A stretch of 64,000 nucleotides of DNA from Candidatus Andersenbacteria bacterium RIFCSPHIGHO2_02_FULL_46_16. GTDB lineage: Bacteria; Patescibacteriota; Andersenbacteria; UBA10190. Location: contig MHHQ01000005.1 of assembly GCA_001817065.1 (NCBI GenBank), positions 18,651 through 82,650 of the forward strand, read 5' to 3'. This document shows, in pieces, positions 1-9,378 of this stretch. The position numbers were made by a program, and so were the translations under genes. Within the stretch, counting starts at the first letter, position 1. The number at the start of each line of letters is the position of its first letter. The notes beneath the pieces are model-generated. The model ran no database searches and was not told the DNA's origin. It was given only the letters and a program-made list of their open reading frames with translations.

Positions 1-1
1 G

Positions 2-874
2 GACTGGCGCAATAAATCCATCAGCAGCGCTGGACCGTCTACGCCGGTGACGATAATTGGTTTAAGCGACGTACCCAGCGCAGGGGATGTCGTACAGGTG
101 GTGGAGGAAACAAGTGAGGCCAGAACTAAAGTAGCTTCACGCCGGGCACCGGTAAAGAAATTGACTAGCGGAGAGGATGACGGGCGACAGGTCTTGGCCT
201 TAGTGATAATTGCAGATGCGCACGGATCATTAGAAGCGATCACTCAAACGGTGGAGGCAATGATGCCGCCGGATGTAAAATTATCGATTGTCAGGGCTGA
301 CGTGGGTACGGTCACCGATTCTGACGTGCTGACTGCGGCCGCGGGTGATGCCATTGTTTATGCATTTAATACCACGGTCAGCGGGATGTCACGAAAACTG
401 GCGGACAAAGAGGGCGTGGAGATAAAAATGTTTGATGTGATTTATCATTTGTCGGAGGATGTGCGTTTAGAGATTGAAAAGCGGCTGCCGGTTGATATCG
501 TGAGAAATGATTTAGGTAAACTCAAAGTGTTACGAGTATTTTTCTCGACACCAAAAAAGAAGATAGTGGGGGGCGAAGTCACGCAAGGAAAAGTCAAAGT
601 AGGAGCGAGGGCAATTATTCGGCGTCCATCGCTGAGCAATAAAAAATCCCTCGTGGCCGCGAGAGGGAAAGATGAGAGCTTGATTGGCGAGGGGGAAATC
701 AAGGAAATGCAGCGTGAGAAAACGGCGATTACAGCAGCGCAGCAGGGCGATCAAATCGGATTGACGATTGAAGGAAAAGGTAAGATTAAAGAAGGTGATA
801 TTTTGGATATCTACATAGAGGAGAAAGTCAGACGCCAGATGGAAGCGGACAAGCCTAAAAGACAAACTACTTAA
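2..874 (+). CDS. infB: Translation initiation factor IF-2, C-terminal part (5' end truncated by window edge)
   Basis: Reading frame is open from the window start. C-terminal IF-2 domain residues (…IIADAHGSLEAI…VGTVTDSDV…). Followed directly by rbfA, the canonical infB-rbfA order. Confidence 0.85.
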   Translation, partial: DWRNKSISSAGPSTPVTIIGLSDVPSAGDVVQVVEETSEARTKVASRRAPVKKLTSGEDDGRQVLALVIIADAHGSLEAITQTVEAMMPPDVKLSIVRADVGTVTDSDVLTAAAGDAIVYAFNTTVSGMSRKLADKEGVEIKMFDVIYHLSEDVRLEIEKRLPVDIVRNDLGKLKVLRVFFSTPKKKIVGGEVTQGKVKVGARAIIRRPSLSNKKSLVAARGKDESLIGEGEIKEMQREKTAITAAQQGDQIGLTIEGKGKIKEGDILDIYIEEKVRRQMEADKPKRQTT

Positions 875-891
875 TATTCATTAATGAAGCT

Positions 892-1284
892 ATGAATAGC
901 CGAGGAAGACTAGACCAGTCACAACTCATCGGTGGCCTGCCGTTAGCTAAACCTTCTCATCGTATGGATCAGGTGAATGCCAACATCAAGAAACTGTTTG
1001 GGGAGATTCTCCTGACAGAGGCGGATTTGCCGGAGGGTGTGTTGGTCACAGTGACAGATGTGGACACAACCCCTAATTTGCGTTCGACACAAGTTTGGCT
1101 GTCAGTTTTGCCATCTAGCAGGGCAGTCGAAATAAAAAAAAAGATAAAACCGCAAATGTACGATTTACAGGGATCATTGAACCGGGCACTTGATATGCAC
1201 CCGTTACCAAGAATTAAATTATTAATTGACCATGGAGCAGAACACGCAGAAAAGATTCAGCGCAAGCTGGACGAACTTAGTTAA
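892..1284 (+). CDS. rbfA: Ribosome-binding factor A
   Basis: 130 aa. N-terminal 'RMDQVNANIKKLFGEIL' is typical of RbfA. Sits immediately downstream of infB. Confidence 0.85.
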   Translation: MNSRGRLDQSQLIGGLPLAKPSHRMDQVNANIKKLFGEILLTEADLPEGVLVTVTDVDTTPNLRSTQVWLSVLPSSRAVEIKKKIKPQMYDLQGSLNRALDMHPLPRIKLLIDHGAEHAEKIQRKLDELS

Positions 1285-1366
1285 ACGACGAGAAGACTGG
1301 GAGGGGCAGTCTGGCTTGCTGGGAAATTTGGACCTAGTGGTGCATGACATTCATGTGAGCCTAAAA

Positions 1367-2287
1367 ATGGCCAGGAGTGTTTTAATTGGCACTCACGAAC
1401 ATCCGGATGGGGATGCGTTAGGTTCAGCCTTGGCGCTAATGCATGTTTTACGGTTGCAGGGGAAGGAAGTGGCAGTATTTGCTCCTGATCCAGCACCAGA
1501 GATGTTTAAGTTTCTACCCGGGATTGAGCAGGTGGTGTATGGGGTACCGCCTGATCCGAGCCTATTTGACGTGGTGGTGCTACTGGATTCAACAACCACG
1601 GAGAGAGTGCGCCTGGACGGCTTGATTGAATCTCATCCGCTGACTATTTGTATCGATCATCACGTACACGATGCTTATCAATGCAAGCTGAATTTAATTG
1701 TGCCTGAGGCAGCGGCCACGGCGCATATCCTGACAGAATTTTTTAATAAAACAAATACACCGATTACGAAGGACGTAGCCACATGTTTGTTAACGGGGAT
1801 ATTTACGGACACCGGTTCCTTTATGCATGATTCAACCTCACCGGAGATTTTGAAATTAGCCGCAGCATTGATGGGTAAAGGGGCAAGGCTTTCCCATATT
1901 GCTCACGAAACTTACCAGAAGAAAGAGTTGCCGGGACTAAAGATATGGGGGAGGGCTTTGTCGCGCATAATGATGAATGAGAAGACTGGCGCTACTGTTT
2001 CAATAATTACCGCAGATGATCTGGCGGAATGCGGTGCAACGCTGGATGATTTATCAGGGGTAGTTAATATGCTGAACACACTGCCGGAAACAAAGTTTGC
2101 CTTATTGTTAACAGAATATGAAAAGGGAAAGATTAAAGGCAGTTTAAGATCTGAGCCGCATAAGGGCGTTGATGTGAGCGCCATAGCCAAGAAATTCGGC
2201 GGGGGAGGCCATAAACTAGCAGCCGGGTTTGAAGTAGTCGGTCATTTAGTAGAGAGTGATGGCCAGTGGCGAGTGGTCGCGCCATAA
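1367..2287 (+). CDS. nrnA: DHH/DHHA1 phosphoesterase, NrnA-like nanoRNase/pAp phosphatase
   Basis: DHH motifs 'HEHPDGDALGSALAL' and 'DHH'. C-terminal 'GGGGH' DHHA1 motif. The track ORF begins at a TTG at 1226 and overlaps rbfA; in-frame ATGs at 1232 and 1367, so the start is uncertain. Confidence 0.75.
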   Translation: MARSVLIGTHEHPDGDALGSALALMHVLRLQGKEVAVFAPDPAPEMFKFLPGIEQVVYGVPPDPSLFDVVVLLDSTTTERVRLDGLIESHPLTICIDHHVHDAYQCKLNLIVPEAAATAHILTEFFNKTNTPITKDVATCLLTGIFTDTGSFMHDSTSPEILKLAAALMGKGARLSHIAHETYQKKELPGLKIWGRALSRIMMNEKTGATVSIITADDLAECGATLDDLSGVVNMLNTLPETKFALLLTEYEKGKIKGSLRSEPHKGVDVSAIAKKFGGGGHKLAAGFEVVGHLVESDGQWRVVAP

Positions 2288-2318
2288 ATAAAGCTTAATT
2301 AACAGAAAGAAAAATAAT

Positions 2319-3161
2319 ATGCCTAAGGCAGCAGTGAAGGATAAACCGGCAAACACACTACGCTTTTTAGTGTTTGGTGACGTGGTGGGTCGGCCGGGGA
2401 GAGAAGCTTTGAATTACACCCTCCCGTTACTGCGCGATGAGTTCCAACCTGACGCTGTGATAATAAATATCGAAAATATTGCGCACGGAGCCGGTTTTTC
2501 TCCGGAGACTTGGTTAGAGGCGAAAAAATGGCAGGCGAATGTTTATACATTAGGCGACCATGCGTGGGACAATGAAGCGAGCATACCTTTGTTAGAGAAT
2601 AAGAAATTACCGATTGTGCGACCGGCCAATTACCCGGGACAAGTGCCAGGCAGCGGTTATTATCTTTTTACGCTGGGAGCTTTTGAGGTAGCAGTTATTA
2701 ATCTGCAAGGTCAAGTCTTTTTCAAGAATCATCCTAAGAATCCTTTCCATGCGCTGGACGAATTATTGGTTTTACCAGACATAAAGCGAGCCAATATTGT
2801 GTTGATTGATTTTCACGCGGAAGCTACTTCTGAAGCGCGCGGATTTGGATGGTATGCAGACGGACGAGTGTCAGCGGTGTGGGGCAGCCATACCCACGTT
2901 CCCACTGCAGACGAGCAAATATTAGCGGCTGGCACTGGTTACATTACAGATGTAGGGATGGTAGGAAATCATAATTCGATTATTGGGGCAGATAAAGCCG
3001 GGCCCTTGAAGACATTCCTGAACCAAACAAAAGAGCGCTTCACATACCTAGATGAGGGGGTGTATGAGATTGGCGCGTTGCTACTTGATATCGATCCGAA
3101 AACTGGCCAGACAAGTCGTATTGCGCAGATTAGGAAAATAATGAATGATACAGACAGATAA
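2319..3161 (+). CDS. YmdB-like metallophosphoesterase (TIGR00282 family, 2',3'-cyclic nucleotide phosphodiesterase-like)
   Basis: 'LRFLVFGDVVGRPGR', 'GDHAWDNE', 'DFHAEATSE', 'GSHTHVPTADEQ' metallophosphoesterase motifs. About 280 aa. Confidence 0.7.
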   Translation: MPKAAVKDKPANTLRFLVFGDVVGRPGREALNYTLPLLRDEFQPDAVIINIENIAHGAGFSPETWLEAKKWQANVYTLGDHAWDNEASIPLLENKKLPIVRPANYPGQVPGSGYYLFTLGAFEVAVINLQGQVFFKNHPKNPFHALDELLVLPDIKRANIVLIDFHAEATSEARGFGWYADGRVSAVWGSHTHVPTADEQILAAGTGYITDVGMVGNHNSIIGADKAGPLKTFLNQTKERFTYLDEGVYEIGALLLDIDPKTGQTSRIAQIRKIMNDTDR

Positions 3162-3200
3162 TAGCTTATTTGAGCTATTTATATGAGGAGGTGAGGTTAG

Positions 3201-3476
3201 ATGGTAAATAAAGACGACCTAATTGAGAAGGTAACTAACAGAACCCGCTTAACACACAAAGATGTGGAAGAAGTGGTGAATGCTTTGTTGGAACAAATTA
3301 TAGAGATTTTGTCGATGGGGGAGAAGGTAAATTTAACTGGTTTTGGTGCATTCGAGGTTAAAGACAGGAAAGGCAGAAAAGGGGTAGACCCGAGATCATT
3401 GCAACCGATGGAGATACCGACGGTTCGTGTGGCTAAGTTTCGAGCTGGCAAGACATTAAAGGAAAGCGTGAAATAA
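3201..3476 (+). CDS. hup: DNA-binding protein HU
   Basis: 91 aa. 'KDDLIEKV…LTGFGAFEVKDRKGRKGVDPRSLQPMEIPTVRVAKFRAGKTLKE' is a HU/IHF fold. Strong GAGGAGG Shine-Dalgarno upstream. Confidence 0.85.
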   Translation: MVNKDDLIEKVTNRTRLTHKDVEEVVNALLEQIIEILSMGEKVNLTGFGAFEVKDRKGRKGVDPRSLQPMEIPTVRVAKFRAGKTLKESVK

Positions 3477-3565
3477 ACGAAAAGCGAAAAAATCAAAACG
3501 TAAAATAGTAAACCGACCAAACTTATTTACATTAGCACTGATCTGCGATACTTTGTTTATCCAGT

Positions 3566-3594
3566 TTGTAAAAGTTTGTTATTTCTGGTAAATT
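3566..3594 (+). promoter_or_regulatory. Putative sigma70-type promoter for tRNA-Pro (TTGTAA, 17-nt spacer, TAAATT)
   Basis: -35-like TTGTAA at 3566-3571 and -10-like TAAATT at 3589-3594, about 20 nt before the tRNA 5' end. Confidence 0.3.
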
Positions 3595-3614
3595 TCTGCA
3601 ACGCAGGTGCAGCG

Positions 3615-3685
3615 CGGGGTGTAGTGTAACGGTAGCACGAGTCCTTTGGGAGGATTTAGTCCGAGTTCAAATCTCGGCACCCCGA
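3615..3685 (+). tRNA. tRNA-Pro (anticodon UGG)
   Basis: Hand-folded cloverleaf: acceptor CGGGGTG/CACCCCG, D-arm GTGT-AACGGTA-GCAC, anticodon arm AGTCC-TTTGGGA-GGATT (anticodon TGG), T-arm CCGAG-TTCAAAT-CTCGG, discriminator A. CCA not encoded. 71 nt. Confidence 0.75.
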
Positions 3686-3688
3686 CAC

Positions 3689-3733
3689 TTCTTCGCTCTT
3701 CACTATTGCTTCGAGCTTCGAAGTGCAAGCACT
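3689..3733. repeat. Direct repeat copy 1 (core GCTTCGAGCTTCGAAGTGCAAGCACT)
   Basis: A 26-bp exact core at 3708-3733 (about 45 bp imperfect) recurs at 3971-4015. Copy 1 immediately follows the tRNA-Pro 3' end and is followed by a T-run. Confidence 0.8.
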
Positions 3734-3970
3734 TTTTTTGGAGAGCAAACATTAATTCGGCAGACCAGATACGAAGAAATGCCCTGCGAAGCCCGATGGG
3801 GCGAAGTGTTGGCTAGTCAGGGACAACGCATCTTAATTTGACTTAACTAAGTGAAGATAAAAAACAGCTCATCGTTTTGAAGAACAATTACTTCATTCTC
3901 CAGAGTCCTGCAAAAAATCCTGTCTGCTCTATAGAGGCTAAATTAGATGCGTTGACCCTGGTTGGCTAGT

Positions 3971-4015
3971 GACTTCTCTTTTCGCTTACGCTTCGAGCTT
4001 CGAAGTGCAAGCACT
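3971..4015. repeat. Direct repeat copy 2 (core GCTTCGAGCTTCGAAGTGCAAGCACT)
   Basis: Exact 26-bp copy at 3990-4015. Together with copy 1 it brackets an inverted-repeat-bounded segment about 250 bp long. Confidence 0.8.
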
Positions 4016-4150
4016 GCTTGAAAGCGTGACCCCATCTTTACCCACCGGGATCTAATCTTTGTTTACCTGGTGCATTAAGATGGGAATAAGAAAAAAGGGA
4101 AAGGCAAATCCCCGGCTGGATGCCGGGGATTATTTATTAATGAGAATTGA

Positions 4151-6805
4151 TTATGTAGGAGGTGGAGCATAACCGCCATCACCGCCGCCGTCAGGCGCTG
4201 GAGCAGGTTCACCGCCACCACCGTCACCACCAGGGGGTGGGGCGAAATCACCACCACCGCCATCACCTTCACCACTATCAGCAGGCGGGGGAGGTGGATT
4301 GCCTTCACCATCATTCGGTGGCGGGGCAAAATTACCACCATTATCGGGAGGGGGTGGGGCTTGTTGGCCAGCTGGCGGGGGATTATATACGTCTCCACCG
4401 GGTGCTTCGTTGGTCGGGGGGGTGTAATAAGATCCAGTGCCGCTGTTAGGTGGGGGCTGGTTCATGGGTTGTGTGTAGGAAGGGTAATACGGTCCTGACG
4501 AATTTTGAGTCGGCATGGACTGGTAGACGCCAGGATTATAAACACCACCGGTGGATGATGGGGGACGATAACCGGAATCCATAGCGCCATCGGGGCGGTA
4601 CGGGGCTCCCGGCATGTAAGCGCCAGGTTGTCCTGTACTGTAATTATTTTGATTGGGTATATAAGACGAGGCACGGAAATTCGTGTTAAAAGAACCGTCT
4701 GGATTATACATGGCGCCGGGACCGGGCACAGGCTGTCCTTGAGGATTTACCGGTACAGCATTACCTTGGAATATTTTGGGGGTGCCGTCAGAATTTATCT
4801 CACCGCGCTGCAGGGCTGCTTCATATTCTTTTTTCTCTTCACCAGTCATCTTGGCAGGATCAAAGCGACGCTCAACCGCCAGTCCTGGCGGTGGTGCTTG
4901 GAAGAGAAAGAAGTTGCTAGCCCTTTCGGCGGGTGGGATTTCGCGGAAGGCTTTTAAGCAGTCGGCAGGGTTGGTACAACCGTTGTGCCCAACATACTGG
5001 GCGGGTGTCTGGGGCAAAATATTATACACAGGCACCGGCGGACGGAAGGAAGTCATACCTGGAAAAACTGGCGGCCGTCCCTTTTCTTCGGGTTTAAAGC
5101 CCACGTTGACGGGTGGCTTGAGAGCATAACCGCTGGGTGAAGTATAGTTACTGCAATCATTGGAACTGCAATATTTTTCAATGGCATTAATGTCCCGAAG
5201 TCCCCCCGGGCCAGCGAACGGCAGTTCCTTTAGGCCTTCAGGCTTTTGCCAGCCTTCAGGATCTTTTAAGCCGAATCGTTCGTGAAAACCGGCAATGCGC
5301 TGCATTTGCGGTGGTAAGTAGTTATCGATATTGGCTAAGGCCGTGGCATCGTCCTTGAATTGGTCGCGCAGTTGGGCTTTGTATTGCTCAAGCGCAGCAA
5401 TGTCATTAGGCGAAGGCTTAAAACGATATTCTAATTCTTTATACTTCGCGAACGCATTGGGACGATGTTGCTCCATAGCGCTTAATGTTTCGGGCGGAAT
5501 GTAATCAGGCCGCATGGTTTGTTGCAGACGGTCTAGATTGACGGTGGCAACCCAATAGGGCAGCAAGTCAGGAGGGACCATGGTGACACCAGGGACAAAG
5601 GTAGCGCTGAATGATTCTAGTTTGGCTAATGTGGCATCATCTGGCCTGACCCCTTCAAAGCGGCTAAGCGAATTAACTTTGTCTAATTCAATAATGGATC
5701 TGATTTGCTGCGGATAAATAGTGGCGGCTGTTTCATCAAGGGCGCCTTTGATATCGGCTGGAGTGATATAGCCATTGGCCGCAAACTCTTCAAAAACATC
5801 TCGAACAGCTTGCCGGGTGTCTAGGCTGTAAATGTGGTCGGCCTGTTCCTGCTGCAGCACACCGATGCTTTTGAGGGATTGCAAGCCCTGTACGACACCG
5901 GCAGTAACGGCTGGTTTATCAAGTTTGTCGGCGGCTTGATCGACGCCGCTGGCTGCGGCTTGGCTTAAGGCGTTAAAATCAGTTTCGGCGTCTTCTGGAA
6001 TAGTGGCGCTGTTTTGATCGATAGTGATCTGCAGGCCGGCGATTTGTTCTTCAAACTGGCGGGTGACTTCCTCATCTAGGTCGCGGTCAAATAGTTCATG
6101 CAGTGTATCCTCCACGCGCTGCACCGCCGCATTAGCAGCAGGGTGCTGGTCCTGGATTAATTGTTGGGCTTCAGCGGCGCGTTCGGTAACCCGGCGATAA
6201 GTACGTTCCGGTGCCCGACCGGGAGTAATGAGATTGAGAGAGCCGTCCCATATGTTCTCACCGAAAATTTCCAGACTATGAAGAAAACCACGACTGGTGC
6301 CTGGAGATGGCAAAGGGGGGGGCTGAACGTCAGCGGAAGAGTCGGAGGCTTTTTGCTGTAAGGCAGCGTCGGTTGGAGGAGGGACGGGGGCTAGAATCCG
6401 CTCGTCTTCGACAGTACCCAAAGCGGTGTATTGACCGACGAGCTGGCTAATGTCTAGACCAGTAGGGATTTGATCCGGTCCTATTTCCACTAATCCTTGT
6501 CCTTCAACGCCGATGAAATACTGCGTTTGGGTGGGCGCGTCGGGGTTGGGATATGCTTCGATCCAGCCGGTGATGACCAGGTCTGGATTTACTTCCTCGG
6601 CAGTAGTGGTCGCTTGTAAAACTTTTCCAGCGCCAGGAATGGCTGTAGGAAGGTTGTTATAATAAGGTCCCCAGTCGTAATAATTGGTTAATTGCGAATA
6701 GCTGGCGCTAACCGGCTGATATAAAAGCAGCCCAGTTATAATAACCGTGGCTGAAATAAAAAACGTGTGCCAAGAAAATCCCTTGGAAAGGTAGTGATAC
6801 TTCAT
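4151..6805 (-). CDS. Large secreted protein with extreme C-terminal Pro/Gly/Tyr/Asn-rich low-complexity tail
   Basis: 884 aa. N-terminal signal/TM segment 'WHTFFISATVIITGLLLYQPVSA'. C-terminal third is P/G/Y/N/Q-rich ('…PPPPADSGEGDGGGGDFAPPPGG…'). No catalytic motif recognised. Confidence 0.6.
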   Translation of the reverse strand: MKYHYLSKGFSWHTFFISATVIITGLLLYQPVSASYSQLTNYYDWGPYYNNLPTAIPGAGKVLQATTTAEEVNPDLVITGWIEAYPNPDAPTQTQYFIGVEGQGLVEIGPDQIPTGLDISQLVGQYTALGTVEDERILAPVPPPTDAALQQKASDSSADVQPPPLPSPGTSRGFLHSLEIFGENIWDGSLNLITPGRAPERTYRRVTERAAEAQQLIQDQHPAANAAVQRVEDTLHELFDRDLDEEVTRQFEEQIAGLQITIDQNSATIPEDAETDFNALSQAAASGVDQAADKLDKPAVTAGVVQGLQSLKSIGVLQQEQADHIYSLDTRQAVRDVFEEFAANGYITPADIKGALDETAATIYPQQIRSIIELDKVNSLSRFEGVRPDDATLAKLESFSATFVPGVTMVPPDLLPYWVATVNLDRLQQTMRPDYIPPETLSAMEQHRPNAFAKYKELEYRFKPSPNDIAALEQYKAQLRDQFKDDATALANIDNYLPPQMQRIAGFHERFGLKDPEGWQKPEGLKELPFAGPGGLRDINAIEKYCSSNDCSNYTSPSGYALKPPVNVGFKPEEKGRPPVFPGMTSFRPPVPVYNILPQTPAQYVGHNGCTNPADCLKAFREIPPAERASNFFLFQAPPPGLAVERRFDPAKMTGEEKKEYEAALQRGEINSDGTPKIFQGNAVPVNPQGQPVPGPGAMYNPDGSFNTNFRASSYIPNQNNYSTGQPGAYMPGAPYRPDGAMDSGYRPPSSTGGVYNPGVYQSMPTQNSSGPYYPSYTQPMNQPPPNSGTGSYYTPPTNEAPGGDVYNPPPAGQQAPPPPDNGGNFAPPPNDGEGNPPPPPADSGEGDGGGGDFAPPPGGDGGGGEPAPAPDGGGDGGYAPPPT

Positions 6806-6853
6806 AGGATGAGTTAAATTGGTTAATTTACATGGTTATTATACGCTTGATCT

Positions 6854-7258
6854 ATGATGACCTCAACGATGGCATTGGCGTTGATTTTATTAGCGGTGCT
6901 GATAGGTAGTTTTTATTATATTGTGCAGGCCGAAGGAGGATGGGGCGAGCTGCCAAGACTGATGGAAAGAGTAGGAATAAAGATTGATCAAATCCAAATG
7001 CCAAAATCCAAATTACCAATAGACGACGGTGCCAAGCTGCCATCAAGCCTACCTGAGGACTATGTTTCGGGTAAGTCTAGGTTTAGCCGGGGAATATGCG
7101 TGAAAGACAGCGACTGTTATGTTGGTGGATGCTCGGGAGAAGTATGCGGAAATGAAGAGGGGATGGGAACGACCTGTGAATATAGTGAGGATTTTCCAAG
7201 CGAAATAAAGTTTGAGTGTGCGTGTGTGGCCAAGGCGTGTGGATGGAGAACTAAATGA
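6854..7258 (+). CDS. Small secreted cysteine-rich protein
   Basis: 134 aa. N-terminal hydrophobic segment, then a Cys-rich C-terminus 'CVKDSDCYVGGCSGEVCGNEEGMGTTCEYSEDFPSEIKFECACVAKACGW' with 9 Cys. Confidence 0.5.
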   Translation: MMTSTMALALILLAVLIGSFYYIVQAEGGWGELPRLMERVGIKIDQIQMPKSKLPIDDGAKLPSSLPEDYVSGKSRFSRGICVKDSDCYVGGCSGEVCGNEEGMGTTCEYSEDFPSEIKFECACVAKACGWRTK

Positions 7259-7282
7259 CCAATGCTCAATGACCAATAACCA

Positions 7283-9034
7283 ATGAATGCCCAAGCCCCA
7301 ATTTCCAAATACGTTGCCTTATTGTTGTTTTTAGGAATTTTATACCTCGGCGCTGTAAACAGTAAAGAAGTTTTTGCGAGTGAGAAGATTGATAATTTTA
7401 CAGTTAATATAGCGATTAATGAAGATGCGACGATTGATGTGGAAGAAACGATCCGGTATGACTTTGGCACTGACGAAAGACACGGAATTTACCGGGAGAT
7501 TCCATATAAATACCAGGCGAGGGGAGGAAATTATTCGTTGGATATATCTGATCTTGATGTAACGATTGGTGACGAACAGGATTATGTGCCATTCGAGGTG
7601 TCCCGGGCTGGAGGAAATCTGGTAATCAAGATCGGCGATCCCGACGCTTATGTAACGGGAGTGAATACTTACACCATAAACTACAAGGTGGCAGGAGCGA
7701 TGAACTTTTTTGAAAGCCATGACGAGTTGTACTGGAACGTCACAGGCAACGGCTGGGTGGTACCGATGCAAAACATAATAGCCCGCATCAAATTACCAGC
7801 CGAGGTGAGCCAGGATAATCTGCGGCTGGCGTGCTTTGCCGGAACGGTAGGCTCCACTGCATCGTGTAACGATTTATTTTATGCGGAGGATAACGTTAGG
7901 TCGGGCGAGGCTTTATTTTCGCAGGATAGTCTTAGCCAAGGAGAGGGATTGACGATAGTCGTAGGTGTGCCAAAAGGGTTGATAATTGCACCGACCTGGG
8001 CGGATAAGATGGTTAAAGTAACACGTGATAATTGGATAGTTGTTCTGCCCTTTATTTCGCTGGGAATTTTGTACTCGATTTGGCGTAAATACGGCCGTGA
8101 TCCGAAAGGGCGCGGGGCTATCCCGGCGCAATATGATCCGCCAGAAGGTCTTTCACCGGCCCAGGCAGGAACAATTCTAGATGAACGAACCGATCAGACA
8201 GACCTAACCGCTGATATTGTCCATATGGCAGTGAATGGATATTTAAAGATCAGGCGAATAGAAGTAGACAAATTGTTCGGCAAGAATATTGATTATGAGT
8301 TAATCAAGGTGAAAGAAGCAGATAGGCTTTTGACTTCACCGGAGAAGGAGTTATATAAAAGTTTATTCGGGGAAAATAAGGAGCGGGTAAAAGTTTCTGA
8401 CTTAAAAAATAAGTTTTATAAGGATTGGGAGAAGGTAAAAAAAGTGACATATGAATCGGTGGTGGAGCTGGGTTATTTCCCCCGTAATCCGAACACAGTC
8501 CGGGCAATTTATATATTGATAGGTATTGTGCTGGGCGGGGGAGTTAGCTTTTTGAGCGCATCATTGCTGGGATCGATCGGTGTCGTCAGTGCAATAATAT
8601 CTGGTTTGGTAATAGTGATTTTTGGATTGCTGATGCCAGTTAAAACTATCAAAGGGGTATTAACTAAGGAATATATTTTAGGATTGAAGCGCTACATCTC
8701 TATTGCAGAGAAGGAAAGGATAAAATTCCATAACGCGCCGGAGAAAAATCCGGAGCTGTTCGATAGACTATTGCCCTTCGCCATGATGCTGGGCGTGGAG
8801 AAGGAATGGGCGAAACAGTTTGCCGATATTTATAAGCAATCGCCCAGCTGGTACGAAGGTCTGGCGGGTACACATTTTAATGCGGCGATATTAGCCTCCA
8901 GTTTGGGTGATTTTTCAACGACGGCGCAAAGCACGCTCACGAGCAGACCATCTTCCGCATCAGGTGGGGGCAGCGGCTTTTCCGGCGGGGGATCGGGAGG
9001 AGGGTTTGGAGGCGGGGGAGGAGGGAGCTGGTGA
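7283..9034 (+). CDS. DUF2207-family membrane protein
   Basis: Signal peptide, extracellular domain, two TM segments and a C-terminal glycine-rich tail 'GGGSGFSGGGSGGGFGGGGGGSW' typical of DUF2207 proteins. Confidence 0.6.
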   Translation: MNAQAPISKYVALLLFLGILYLGAVNSKEVFASEKIDNFTVNIAINEDATIDVEETIRYDFGTDERHGIYREIPYKYQARGGNYSLDISDLDVTIGDEQDYVPFEVSRAGGNLVIKIGDPDAYVTGVNTYTINYKVAGAMNFFESHDELYWNVTGNGWVVPMQNIIARIKLPAEVSQDNLRLACFAGTVGSTASCNDLFYAEDNVRSGEALFSQDSLSQGEGLTIVVGVPKGLIIAPTWADKMVKVTRDNWIVVLPFISLGILYSIWRKYGRDPKGRGAIPAQYDPPEGLSPAQAGTILDERTDQTDLTADIVHMAVNGYLKIRRIEVDKLFGKNIDYELIKVKEADRLLTSPEKELYKSLFGENKERVKVSDLKNKFYKDWEKVKKVTYESVVELGYFPRNPNTVRAIYILIGIVLGGGVSFLSASLLGSIGVVSAIISGLVIVIFGLLMPVKTIKGVLTKEYILGLKRYISIAEKERIKFHNAPEKNPELFDRLLPFAMMLGVEKEWAKQFADIYKQSPSWYEGLAGTHFNAAILASSLGDFSTTAQSTLTSRPSSASGGGSGFSGGGSGGGFGGGGGGSW

Positions 9035-9378
9035 TTATTAATTTTCAAAGGTCAATTTTCAAGGCTCAAATAATAACCAATCACGGACAAAATCCAAATG
9101 TTAAAGTTTAGAAATCCTAAATCCTAAACTGGAGAAATTCTAAATAAATTCGAAATTCTAAACTGACGAAATTTGAAACTGATTTAACTAAATAAGGAAG
9201 ATTGGGTAATAAGGAATGCTCAAGAACTAAGCCGTTGCTTCCGCCTCCGCCAGTTGGCGGATGGCGGAGCTATGTAGGGCGAGGACAGAAATGTTATTTT
9301 ATCAACAATAATGATTGCGGATCGTTACATTTGAAACAGTTGACGGCATGCTGCAAATTGTTTAAACAGTACGTACAA

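Noticed and set aside
1226-1366. N-terminal 47-aa extension of the NrnA-like ORF (TTG start overlapping rbfA by 59 nt)
   Set aside because: The extension has no conservation features and overlaps rbfA. Internal ATG 1367 gives a typical distance to the DHH motif. It remains an alternative start.
4162-4449. 95-aa His/Arg-rich plus-strand ORF
   Set aside because: It is the antisense of the Pro/Gly-rich tail of the 4151..6805 gene, a composition-driven artefact.
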